Part shown: piece by piece, positions 1 through 10,100 of the stretch
Layout of the letters: every line of letters starts with the position of its first letter
Position numbering within the stretch: the first letter of the stretch is position 1
IMG/VR virus record: IMGVR_UViG_3300030451_003961
Span: 1-62,386 of that record
DNA: 62,386 nucleotides
Source: a virus
Taxonomy: Duplodnaviria; Caudoviricetes
Direction: 5' to 3' (one strand)
Notes under the pieces: generated by a model
What the model was told of the DNA's origin: nothing
The model's database searches: none
The model's input: only the letters and a program-made list of their open reading frames with translations
Position numbers and translations under genes: made by a program

Positions 1-2060
1 CTTTGTAATTTTCTTAGTTTAGTATACTTGTCAATAAATTTTTGTCGCTTAGTTGTACCTTCCCTAAAATCAAATAACTTTCCAAACCTAGTGTCTAAAA
101 ATTGATCTACTAAACCTCTTTCGTTTACTTCATTATTATTTTCTACATTGGAATCATAAACTGATGTGCCTGCTACATTCTCTGTACCACCCTCCTCAGT
201 ATCTACATCGCTCGAAATCTCTTCGTTTTCATTGATGTTTGTTTCTTCCCCACCCTTTCTGGTAGTGTCGACAGATTCGTTTTGTACTTCGTCAACCACT
301 CCTTCAGTAGTCGTGGATTCTCCCTCGCCAGATACCTCATCTGGGCTTTGCTCTTGATTGGCATTTTCTATAATTTTTTCTTGTTCTACAATTAATTCTT
401 GCTTCTTTTTAGCAATATCTTCAGGACTTGGATTAGTGTTTCCTTCCTCTTTTAGTTTCTCAACTACAAACTCATCAGTAAATTCTATCGTAGTAGTTTC
501 AGTTTCCTTATACTTATCCAATATAGAACTCATTTCTTGTTCCAGGACTTTAACCCTGGTCTTAGCTACACTACTATCCTTTCCTTTCAGAGCTGAAAGA
601 TCTTTTTCTATTTGTATCAATCGAGCTCTGTCTTCACCCTGAATGTTTTCAGGTATGAATTGTTCAGCTTTTTTTGTTGCTGCTACATCTCTCTTTGCAT
701 TTTCAAATCTTGCTTTTAATTCTGGATCGTTGGTGATTTCTAATTTAGCACCTGCTATTGCCTGGGGATCATTAGATTCTAAGATATTTAGTACATCTTG
801 TTTTGTCCTAACTTCTCCATTAATCTTGTATTGCCCTGGCAGAATTCTTTTCATACCACCCTCAACCAAGTTCATAGAGCCCCTTATGGGATCGATTCCT
901 GTGATTTCACTAGTTGCTTGAGCAACTGTTACAGGGCCACCACCAACTGCCTCTAATCCTATTTCTAAAGCATCCATTTCTTGTCCTACAACACCTCTAG
1001 CTGCAGCTTCACCTACACCACCACCTGTTCCCTCTATTACACCTGCTGTAGCTATCTTACCTAGAGAACTTTTAGGTACAACTTTTTGGAGTTTGGATAA
1101 TTGAGTTCCTACTTTGGCAGGTGCTCCCAAAAGTTTACCTGCAATACCACCTGATATAGCATCTACTCCACCGATTACCAAACCTCTTCCTGCTGCCCTA
1201 GCTCTGATTCTATTCAAAGCTTTAGGATCTTGAAGAACTGCTCTCACTCCCTCATCACCAAACTCTAGTCCTTTTTTTTGTACTTCTTCTTTTAGAAATT
1301 CTGTGAAAGACATGGCAGTTTCAAGAGCTCCACTAGCTCCTAATAAAAATCCTGGTAAAGCTAGAGTACCACCTGATACTGCAGCTCCACCTAATCCTGT
1401 AACTATACCTGTTTTTATAGCATCATCATCTACCATTCCTTTTACTGAAGAAACAAATACTTGTGGAGCAACACTTGGATTTTTAGCGATCGCTTGAATA
1501 AAACCCCAAACTCCACCACCATTCTCTTCCATTTCTTTTTGCATGGCTTTCATTTCATCTGAAGCACCCATGCTATCCATTCTTTGTACTGCCTCTAAAT
1601 AACTCGCTATATCTTCTTCGTCAGCTCCTGCTCCTGATGCAAATAAATTTAAGGCATCACCTATGGTATCACCTTGTGCATCACCAAGCTCGTAAGCTCG
1701 ATAGATATCTCCAAAAAAATCTGTTATGAAATTTTTACCAAAAGCTCTTTCAATCCCTGTGATTTTTTCTCCAGACTCCTGCCCAGATGACATGTCTGGC
1801 TCCTCTGTAATAGACTCCGTACTTTCCATTTGAGAAATGGAAGGAGATACTTCGCTTTCGTCTTTTTTTTTTAAGCCTGTGTTCGTAGACCAGGTGTCAA
1901 AATCGTTTTGAGTTAGCTTTTGTTCCACCAAATAGGTGTGTACATTCATTTGAACATTGGGATTATTAGATATATTAGACATCCATGTCTCAAAATCACT
2001 AGTGGTTTTGCCATCAGCAGTTAGTCTATTCCAAATATTTTTAAGTCTTTGTTCGTTCAT
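1..2060 (-). CDS. N-terminal part of a very large internal virion (ejection) protein; open reading frame runs off the left edge
   Basis: Not in the ORF track. The ATG at 2060-2058 overlaps the TAA of the upstream gene. By-hand translation reads MNEQRLKNIWNRLTADGK...DKYTKLRKLQ with no stop to position 1, and includes Gly/Ala-rich hydrophobic segments and an acidic linker. Probably continues as 59765-62386 (inference). Confidence 0.8.
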   Translation of the reverse strand, partial: MNEQRLKNIWNRLTADGKTTSDFETWMSNISNNPNVQMNVHTYLVEQKLTQNDFDTWSTNTGLKKKDESEVSPSISQMESTESITEEPDMSSGQESGEKITGIERAFGKNFITDFFGDIYRAYELGDAQGDTIGDALNLFASGAGADEEDIASYLEAVQRMDSMGASDEMKAMQKEMEENGGGVWGFIQAIAKNPSVAPQVFVSSVKGMVDDDAIKTGIVTGLGGAAVSGGTLALPGFLLGASGALETAMSFTEFLKEEVQKKGLEFGDEGVRAVLQDPKALNRIRARAAGRGLVIGGVDAISGGIAGKLLGAPAKVGTQLSKLQKVVPKSSLGKIATAGVIEGTGGGVGEAAARGVVGQEMDALEIGLEAVGGGPVTVAQATSEITGIDPIRGSMNLVEGGMKRILPGQYKINGEVRTKQDVLNILESNDPQAIAGAKLEITNDPELKARFENAKRDVAATKKAEQFIPENIQGEDRARLIQIEKDLSALKGKDSSVAKTRVKVLEQEMSSILDKYKETETTTIEFTDEFVVEKLKEEGNTNPSPEDIAKKKQELIVEQEKIIENANQEQSPDEVSGEGESTTTEGVVDEVQNESVDTTRKGGEETNINENEEISSDVDTEEGGTENVAGTSVYDSNVENNNEVNERGLVDQFLDTRFGKLFDFREGTTKRQKFIDKYTKLRKLQ

Positions 2061-4012
2061 TAGCCCATGTCGTTAGGATCAACCATTATATCTTCAGTAA
2101 CATTTCTGTTATCATTTATAAACTTAAGAACTTCATCTTGTATAGTTACATTGTCTCCTAACACATTTATTTCAAATACTTTTTTATCTGGTGTAGTTAC
2201 TTTTAAAATGTATTGTGGATCTGTAGTTGTGGCTTTAAGTTTTTGTCTTTGTCTTCCTCTACTTTCAAATTGATTCTCAAAAGCATCATCCTCTACAAGT
2301 TCAAAATTAAACCCTTCGGCAGTTGGTACAATACTGTTGAAAGCAAAAAGATAATCCTTACCTATCTGTTGTATTTTTCCTCTATCTTGTAGGAAAGTTG
2401 CATCAGGATCACCTGGGGATTTGTACTCTGCTATACTTGCATCGTAATCAGGTATAGATAATATCCAGGATGCAAGACTTTGTTGTTTACCATCTGGATT
2501 ATTTACCTGTGCTGTTTGTGGATCTATCGACTCTTTGAATGCATCTATAGAGAAGTTGATATCATCTTGACTTTGTTGGAATTCAATCTCTGCCAGTCTT
2601 TTCACTTCTTCTTCGTTTAAATTAGGTTGTTTTGTTCTAATTTCTTCTTTAATCTCATCCAAGGTTCTAGGTGCTGCCACCTGTGCAAGCGTATTACCTT
2701 CAGCCCTGTATTCGTTTATCAATTGTTTGAAGTCTGGTATCGTAGATAAACCTAGTCTTTCTGCAACCGATAAATAATCTTGTTCTGTATTACCTGTGGT
2801 TTGAAAATCTCTAAACCCTTCTCCTGTAATAAATAATTTGCCATCTCTTCTTGTAATGTTTGTAATCCTTTTATTACTAGGTAAATTTTTATTGAAAGAA
2901 TCTAAAGTTTCTTGAGCTACTTGACCTGCTGCACTACCCTTGAGAGAGAAAATGTCTGTAATCAAGTCAATTTTACTGAATCTTTGAACTTTATTGTCTT
3001 GGAGAAGTTTGTTTTGTGTATTGATTTTTACCTCTCTGTCAATCTTAGCCATTAGATTATCTTCAACTATAGTTTTGACTGCTTGTCTTTGAGTATCAGT
3101 AAGATCTGGTTGCCAACTATTGTTGCTGTCTCTTGAAGCTAGAATATGGAATGGATTACTGCTATCGTATGCAATAACTTTTCCATCTGCATCTTTATTA
3201 GTTTGATCTTTATCACCTAAAAATACTTTATACTTAGTGTCGTATCCTGTTAAAACAGAACTTGCATTTCGTGCATCACCCAATATAGATTCTTGATATT
3301 GTGTTAAAGCGTCCTTAAATTTCGGATTATTAGTAATACTTTTGATAGTTTTTCCTCCATCTTTTGTAACAAAATCTACAATACCTAGAGTTTCTACTAA
3401 TTCTGATACATTACTATCAAGATCATATTGTTTTGCCAAATCAATCGCTTGATTACCCATGTTTTGAACAGGCATAATCTCACCTGTTTTTGTATTTCTT
3501 ATAACCAAAGCTCCTGTTGTAGGATCCACATTGATCACATTGTTTTTCATGTCGGTAAAACTCTTGAATGCATCAAAAGATTTTTCACCTAAAGCTGAAA
3601 GTTTGTCTTGATCTAATTCACTCTTTGCATTGGCATATAATTGATTGAATTGAGTGAACGAATTTTTTAATTGTGTCCAATCATCTCCAAGTTTTTGTCT
3701 AAACCTAGCGTAATCGTTTTGAGTGATCTCTCCATTTTTAAATAATCTATTTATGGTAAGTAAGGAGTTTGATGCTTGACCTGCACCTGCCATTATAAAG
3801 TCATTACCAGATTGGCTCTGACCAAGCTCGACATCTTGTATTGCTTTGTTAAGTTCGTTGGTTTGATTCTCTATTTCTTGTCTTTCTCCTATCCTTCTTT
3901 TTCTAACATCTCGAATCTCTTTTGTTATACCACTTGCAATCGTGCCCCAATCTACTAGATTTGAGCTATCTCTTTTTGCATACCCTAATTGATCTGGAAT
4001 ATTAACTGCCAT
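2060..4012 (-). CDS. Putative internal virion/ejection protein (650 aa)
   Basis: Long helical-looking ORF; middle of three genes after the nozzle, as in the podovirus ejection-protein trio (synteny inference). Confidence 0.6.
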   Translation of the reverse strand: MAVNIPDQLGYAKRDSSNLVDWGTIASGITKEIRDVRKRRIGERQEIENQTNELNKAIQDVELGQSQSGNDFIMAGAGQASNSLLTINRLFKNGEITQNDYARFRQKLGDDWTQLKNSFTQFNQLYANAKSELDQDKLSALGEKSFDAFKSFTDMKNNVINVDPTTGALVIRNTKTGEIMPVQNMGNQAIDLAKQYDLDSNVSELVETLGIVDFVTKDGGKTIKSITNNPKFKDALTQYQESILGDARNASSVLTGYDTKYKVFLGDKDQTNKDADGKVIAYDSSNPFHILASRDSNNSWQPDLTDTQRQAVKTIVEDNLMAKIDREVKINTQNKLLQDNKVQRFSKIDLITDIFSLKGSAAGQVAQETLDSFNKNLPSNKRITNITRRDGKLFITGEGFRDFQTTGNTEQDYLSVAERLGLSTIPDFKQLINEYRAEGNTLAQVAAPRTLDEIKEEIRTKQPNLNEEEVKRLAEIEFQQSQDDINFSIDAFKESIDPQTAQVNNPDGKQQSLASWILSIPDYDASIAEYKSPGDPDATFLQDRGKIQQIGKDYLFAFNSIVPTAEGFNFELVEDDAFENQFESRGRQRQKLKATTTDPQYILKVTTPDKKVFEINVLGDNVTIQDEVLKFINDNRNVTEDIMVDPNDMG

Positions 4013-4017
4013 ATGTA

Positions 4018-4968
4018 TTAATTATTTTTGCCAAATAGATTTAGATTACCAAAAAACTGTCCTAATATAGACTCATCAAATGGTTGTCCATCTCCTATAC
4101 CTGTGAAATCAGATAGTGCATCTAAACCCACATTGATTCCTTTACCTATTTTTTGTCCGAATGTAGGATCTTGTTGAGTAGGAAAAAGATTAGGGTTGCC
4201 AAATGTCATAGGTTGACCTGTTGTTAATCTAAATTGATCAGATAGTGACATACCCTGAAATTCTGGCAAAGCAAATTGATTACCAAAAGTAGCGTTACCT
4301 ATTCTAGGCCCTGTAGGTTTTTGACTATCCATAAAGTTTTTTACGAACGCAACAGTCTCTGGTGATGGTGGAGTTGTTTTGTTTCTGTTTTGTTTATACA
4401 ACTCTGATATATCATCAATAGCTCTAGCTCCTTCTAAACCACTTTTTAAAGCTCCTGTAAGAGCAGTAGCTCTATTTTGATCAGCTTGTGCTGCTGCTTG
4501 AGCTTGACCTGCACTCTCTGCTAACTTAATACTTGCGATTGTTTCATCATCACTCTTTGCTTCTTCAGCAATGGCTTCATCTCTTAATGTTAACTTATCT
4601 CCTACTGTATCTCTTATGTTTGCTCCCACTTGATTAAGTCTTTCAAATGTTGCTTGAGCTTGTAAGTTACGAGGATCAGCCTCTTGCTTGGCTTCTAACT
4701 CTTGTTTTGCCCCTCTTACTGCTACATCTTTTTGATCTTGTATACCTTCTAGATTTATACCTATTTCTTCTGCTCTGTTTTTTTGAACATCTTTTATTGC
4801 TGAAAATATAGATGACTTTGTTTCGGACTCTAACTCTCTCATTTTTCTCCTTTGTTCTGCTGCTTCAAAAAGTCCAATAACCAGGCCTGCTGCACTTACT
4901 GCTGCTCCTGCGATACCAAGTCCTTGCATTAGGCCTCCACCTCCACCTGTTAGTGCTTCTTCTCCCAT
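4018..4968 (-). CDS. Putative small internal virion/ejection protein (316 aa)
   Basis: N-terminal Gly/Ala hydrophobic segment (GLGIAGAAVSAAGLVIGLF) followed by Q/A-rich coiled coil, the usual layout of the smallest podovirus ejection protein. Confidence 0.6.
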   Translation of the reverse strand: MGEEALTGGGGGLMQGLGIAGAAVSAAGLVIGLFEAAEQRRKMRELESETKSSIFSAIKDVQKNRAEEIGINLEGIQDQKDVAVRGAKQELEAKQEADPRNLQAQATFERLNQVGANIRDTVGDKLTLRDEAIAEEAKSDDETIASIKLAESAGQAQAAAQADQNRATALTGALKSGLEGARAIDDISELYKQNRNKTTPPSPETVAFVKNFMDSQKPTGPRIGNATFGNQFALPEFQGMSLSDQFRLTTGQPMTFGNPNLFPTQQDPTFGQKIGKGINVGLDALSDFTGIGDGQPFDESILGQFFGNLNLFGKNN

Positions 4969-4993
4969 AAATATAGTATTAGGTTAATATATG

Positions 4994-5001
4994 CAAATAT
5001 A
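4994..5001 (-). promoter_or_regulatory. Bacteroidota-type -7 promoter box TATATTTG
   Basis: Matches TAnnTTTG; intergenic, about 25 nt before the ATG at 4968. Confidence 0.6.
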
Positions 5002-5008
5002 ATAAAAA

Positions 5009-5749
5009 CTAAGGGAAGCTTTTAAAGACATCTGCTGTAACTGCAAAAAGTTCTACTGCGTTTGTCGAATCATTTTCTAATTCAAACTCACAAAAGTACC
5101 CCAAAATCCCTTGCGATTCTGCTACACTATTTTTCAAACTCAATATGAAATCCCCTCCTGCAGGTTGTTGATTATTGGTAGTATCTACTGTTATTGTTTT
5201 GGTATCAGCATTTATTGACAGGATCGGGCCTGCTTTATCTGGTGTTGAACCAAAGAAAATTGTATCACCTATACTTACTATTGGGGTAATAGGCACATTG
5301 AATTGAATTGTAGTAGCAGCTACTGTTCCACCTACTACCTGTGCTTGCCCTATCCCTGTGGCATATCTTAGGTTAAAGTTTTCTGTGCCTGCATTAGATC
5401 TAATAAAACTATAATATGCTCCTTCTTTTTTCTTGAATAAATCGCTTTGAATATTACCTGTTTGAAGATCTGTCAGTAAACTGGCTGTCCAGGCACTATC
5501 TGATTCTAACTCTAATGTTTTAAAAAATTTTGCTTGTAATGGATTTTGATTAAATATGCTAGTAATTTTTGAATTGTATTGAACACCATAATAGTTGTTT
5601 CTTAAATTGTTTGTGTTGTGCCTATAAAGCTCTCCATCTTTAAATGTATACAGATAATTGTTCATGCCTAACATAAAATCAGGAATGTAACTATAAAATG
5701 AAGGCCATCCTTTTTGTTCTGGGGTATATGATACTGTAAATTCTGACAT
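5009..5749 (-). CDS. Tail protein resembling the C-terminal part of a crAss-like muzzle/tail stabilisation protein
   Basis: The TVSY..EQKGWPSFYSYIP...NNYLYTFKDGELYRHN segment resembles what I recall of muzzle-protein C-termini; lies in the tail module. Confidence 0.55.
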   Translation of the reverse strand: MSEFTVSYTPEQKGWPSFYSYIPDFMLGMNNYLYTFKDGELYRHNTNNLRNNYYGVQYNSKITSIFNQNPLQAKFFKTLELESDSAWTASLLTDLQTGNIQSDLFKKKEGAYYSFIRSNAGTENFNLRYATGIGQAQVVGGTVAATTIQFNVPITPIVSIGDTIFFGSTPDKAGPILSINADTKTITVDTTNNQQPAGGDFILSLKNSVAESQGILGYFCEFELENDSTNAVELFAVTADVFKSFP

Positions 5750-5759
5750 AATTATTTAT

Positions 5760-7181
5760 TTAAGGTATTGTACACACACTAGTTTGAACTACGATTCCAC
5801 TACTTACTACTATGTAGTTGTTATTATCCATGATATAGAATCCATCGGCTAGAGCAGTAGATCCAAACTCATCTGTAAATACAAAATTGTAAAGTTCTGG
5901 ATATACATTGCTAGTATTTCCTCTATTCGAATAATCTCTAGCAAAATAAAATGTGTTTGGATAACTAGATGCACACTCGAAATCAAGTTGAGCATCACTT
6001 GCATTAAATGATGGTAAAGATTCTGGACAATCTACTATTAGATTAAATCCTGTACTAGGGCAGGGAGCTGCAACTTCTACCACAATATTTTGTGGCGTAG
6101 CATTAAGTTTAGGTACAACCATATATGCATAATCAAGTGTAGTATTTGCAGTTCTTGCATCGTCAGTTGTAGCAATACTAACCGAACTCGTTCCATCAGT
6201 TACCCAACCTGTGTTAGTTGCATTTGGAACATACTTAGTCAAAGTTCCAGAGAAAGGTAAGTTGGCACAATTATCATTAGGATTACCTAAGAAGGTGTAA
6301 CCATTACTATTTTGTGACGCAACCAATCCTTCACCAGGGAAAGATAAAACATTGTATGTATTTCCATCGTATATTACTCTTATACCATCTGGTATTGATT
6401 GAGGATTAAAATATATTACAATCGCTCCTACATCAGTTACAGTATTACCTGTATTATATGTAGCCACATATAAACCATCTGAGTTAGCTGAAGTTGAGAC
6501 AGATCCTGAACAAGCTACTCCACAAGTTGGACATCCTGCAGCGACAGCCAATACACCTGAAGTGCTTTCTCTGTATGTTGATGCACTTGGTATTCTGTAG
6601 AATCCATCTGGTGCTACAGTTCCTGCGTTGTCTAAATATAGATTACTTGCTGTGGCAAATGTTTCTCCTTGTAACACATACCTGGTTACTAAACTAGGTG
6701 TTAAACAACATAAGTCATTTGCTGTAGAATCAAACTCCAAACTTACTGCAACATAACATGTAGGACATGGAGTAAGAGTTGCATCTAAAGCAGTATTGAA
6801 CATTACTTTGTAACCACTAGCACTTTCTTCTTTATAAAAACCATTTGGTGCAGAAGTTGTCAATGATGGATTTGTGAACAAAGTAGTTGCAGTTGCAAAT
6901 GTTGAGCCTGTTGGTAAAAAATATTGAGTCGCAGGATCAGGTGTACAACACAAAGCATTGTTATCTGAAATATCATACAATAAATTTACAGACTGTGAAC
7001 AAGAATCGCACTCAAAAATATTTCCCAATACACCATTAACTTGCTCTCGATACTTACCATCAAAAGAATAATATCCATCAGCCGATATAATTAATAAATC
7101 AGCATCATCATATACACGAGTTGCTAATTCAAAACTTGTTGCGTCTATATATTTAGTTACTACTGCCATTATGTACCACAA
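5760..7181 (-). CDS. Cys-rich repetitive virion/tail accessory protein (start probably the ATG at 7169)
   Basis: About three internal repeats of the form LCC...F.TAT.L......AP.GFY...C..C; Thr/Ser/Asn-rich; sits between tail genes. Confidence 0.55.
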   Translation of the reverse strand: MWYIMAVVTKYIDATSFELATRVYDDADLLIISADGYYSFDGKYREQVNGVLGNIFECDSCSQSVNLLYDISDNNALCCTPDPATQYFLPTGSTFATATTLFTNPSLTTSAPNGFYKEESASGYKVMFNTALDATLTPCPTCYVAVSLEFDSTANDLCCLTPSLVTRYVLQGETFATASNLYLDNAGTVAPDGFYRIPSASTYRESTSGVLAVAAGCPTCGVACSGSVSTSANSDGLYVATYNTGNTVTDVGAIVIYFNPQSIPDGIRVIYDGNTYNVLSFPGEGLVASQNSNGYTFLGNPNDNCANLPFSGTLTKYVPNATNTGWVTDGTSSVSIATTDDARTANTTLDYAYMVVPKLNATPQNIVVEVAAPCPSTGFNLIVDCPESLPSFNASDAQLDFECASSYPNTFYFARDYSNRGNTSNVYPELYNFVFTDEFGSTALADGFYIMDNNNYIVVSSGIVVQTSVCTIP

Positions 7182-10100
7182 TCATTATAGTTAAAAGTTA
7201 AAGTAAAATCCGAACCTGAAGCTCCTGAATAAGTTAGATCAGCAACATTCAATGGATCACTTAAGTTTGAACCTGTTAATAAATAATTTCTCACTCCAAT
7301 AGTTCCGAAATTTCCATTACCATTGTTCTGAATATTTTTCATAAATATAGTATTTGTACCACCCAACACTATATCTGGGTTGAAATAGTTTGTTGTCATA
7401 TTTGTAAGAGGACAAACAAAATCAGACGAAGTTATGGTTTCTGTATTGCTTGTACTTGCAATAAATACAGCACCGATCTGTGCGTTTTGATTTAGATTTA
7501 CTGTACCTATACTTACATTATTCAAGAATATTTCAAAATTATCATCAATCAAAGAATTAGAATTACATATTTGAAAAACTAATCTTCGGTCTGGACACGC
7601 AGGTGGAGAAACTCCACAATCACAACACGCATTTAGTTCTGAAGTTGCATCATAACAAAGTTCTATTTGTGTTGATTTTCTGTAATCCCATACCATATAA
7701 AGATAAGGATTTCCTGTGTTGTAAGTAAACGAAGCCTGGTATAAACCTGTTGAGGGGTTTGATATAGGTGTGGCTTGTTGTAATAATGGTATCAAAGTTT
7801 CTATATCGCTTGTATTGTTTTGATATAATGTTGCAGAAGATAGATAAGAAAAATTATCTTGAGCAGTATCAAAATCAAAATCATCAGACAATATTTTATT
7901 GGACTTCATAGTGACATTTGCACCATCAACAGGGAATACACCTATAGATTCAAAACCTGAAGTTGAAATGTAACTAGAAACCAAAGGTTGATCGCCACTT
8001 AAGAATAATATTTGCTCGCTTGATAAAGGGCTTATTGGATCTGATCCATTCTGCCATTCATATTGATTGTGAATAAATTTACCTGCGTCTTGTGCACTTG
8101 TCAAAGCTATTTGAATAATCTGAAGTGGAGTAGTAGCAACACATCTTGGCACTATAGTGTATGAGGTAGCTCCATTAGTTGGTCTAACTGTAAAAGTAGC
8201 TGTAGTGGGAAAGTTGAGTGGTTTGCTAAATGTGACAGTTTGTCCTGGAGCTGTAATACTTAAATCAACAACATCAACTCCATTGTATGCTATTGTTATA
8301 TCTATATCATTATCAGTTTGAATACCAACAGACGAATCTCCTATCGCAGTTCCATAATCTATTACAAAAGTATAACTTGAAGCTGCAGCCACTTGCGAAA
8401 TACTTTGATCACAAGTATAAACAGGAGGTGGTTTTGGTAATTCAGTATTATTAGAGGACAATACATATTCATTCATGTATGGATCGTAACCTCCGATTTT
8501 TTGTGTGTTAAATCCAGAAGTAAATTCATCTCTAAAAAAAGATCTCATACCTGCTTTAGATATTACTTCTAAAGTTTCTGAACTATACCCTGTTCCAGAT
8601 AGCTTTATTACTGCTCCTCTTTTGGCATCGGTAAAATATTTATCTGTTCCAAAAGTTGCAAAGCTTTCTGGATTAAAACTGTTTCCATATTCCTCTAATC
8701 TTGCTATTTGTTGTCCTAAAACCTCTGGTACTGAAGTCAAAGCTCCTGTACCTGATAGATCTGAAAGTAGGTTTTTTCCTGCTAACACATAAGATATTCT
8801 ATCTTCTTGTAATACTAGTATGTCTGTTTCCCTGGGACTTAAAACTTGGATAGCTCCATAATTTTTTTCTAGATTTTTAAAGTTGGCTAATCCTAAATTA
8901 AATTCATTAAGTCTATTTACATTCGATTCATTGTTAAATACACCACTATATGTTATACCTGCGAACCTGTCTGCTTTTTTGTAATCTTGTTCTGAAACAG
9001 AAGTAACTCTTACACCTAGATCAAATTTTCTTCCATCTAAGTTGTCTAAAATCTTGTAACTTTCTACTCCATTACCAAAACTAAAACAATCAAAGAAAGA
9101 TAAATCCACTATAGCAGCATCTGTTGCTGTTTGGTTTTGTATATTTCCCTCATGGAAACCATTTGTAATATTGTAATTTTTACTTCCCTCAAAATAAAGA
9201 TCTACATCTGCATCTTTTGGCACAGTTTCAAACACCATTAAATTAGCTGCTCTAATCGCTCGTATGTGAACTTGAAGGTAAGAAAATCTAGGGCCTATAC
9301 CACCACATTTTTGTGTTCCACTTCGGACTCCAAAAAACATTCTACCTCCACTAGGTTGTGTCTTAAAGAATTGATATTTATTTACTCCATTTGTAAAAAA
9401 CAATTCGTTTCCACCAACACCTTCACTAGATGAAGTAGCTAGAGTAGGATAAAATACATTTTGATTGGGCACTTCATCTCCTGTAACCCTGCTATCACCA
9501 CCTGTAAAAACTACATTTTCTCCCAACACCATTGAGTGTAGGTTTGGATAATCTTGAGTTGCTTGAACAGTAAAGTTTTTTTCATAAAACTCTTGACCAC
9601 AATCTGATCCCCTGTCGTTTCTATTAAACCTAATTTCAAATGTAACTAAACTACCTGCAGGTAAATCATAAGCTTCGTATAATGGATCTGCAGCATCAGT
9701 TAATGATTCAGGAAACACAGGATAGTCAACTCTAGGTTTGTTCGGTCTACTTCCTGCACTTTTTACACCATTATCGACTGAGGAGAATTCATCAGCTTCA
9801 TTTGTGCCTATAAAACCCCTGGGCTTTAACTCCATATAAAGTCCTGCAGGTTCTTCTACATCATCGGTTTGTGATTGATCACCCTCTATAAAATCTTCTT
9901 CCTTTGCTTCTATAGAAAGTATTTGTGTTTTTACTAAATTTTCTCTCGGCCCATTACCATCAGCTTTTACAATCAAAGTATCTCCTGTTTCTGCTTTTAC
10001 CTGGTTCTGACCAAGCAATTGATAGAACACACTACTTGTATTTTCTCCTTGAAAATATAAATTAGCATATAGAGTTTCATAAGTTGATTGCACTCTTTTG

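Noticed and set aside
166-1497. Plus-strand ORFs in the track (166-357, 358-642, 643-921, 1303-1497) and similar antisense ORFs throughout
   Set aside because: Shadows of long genes on the opposite strand; Ser/Phe-rich composition typical of antisense frames.
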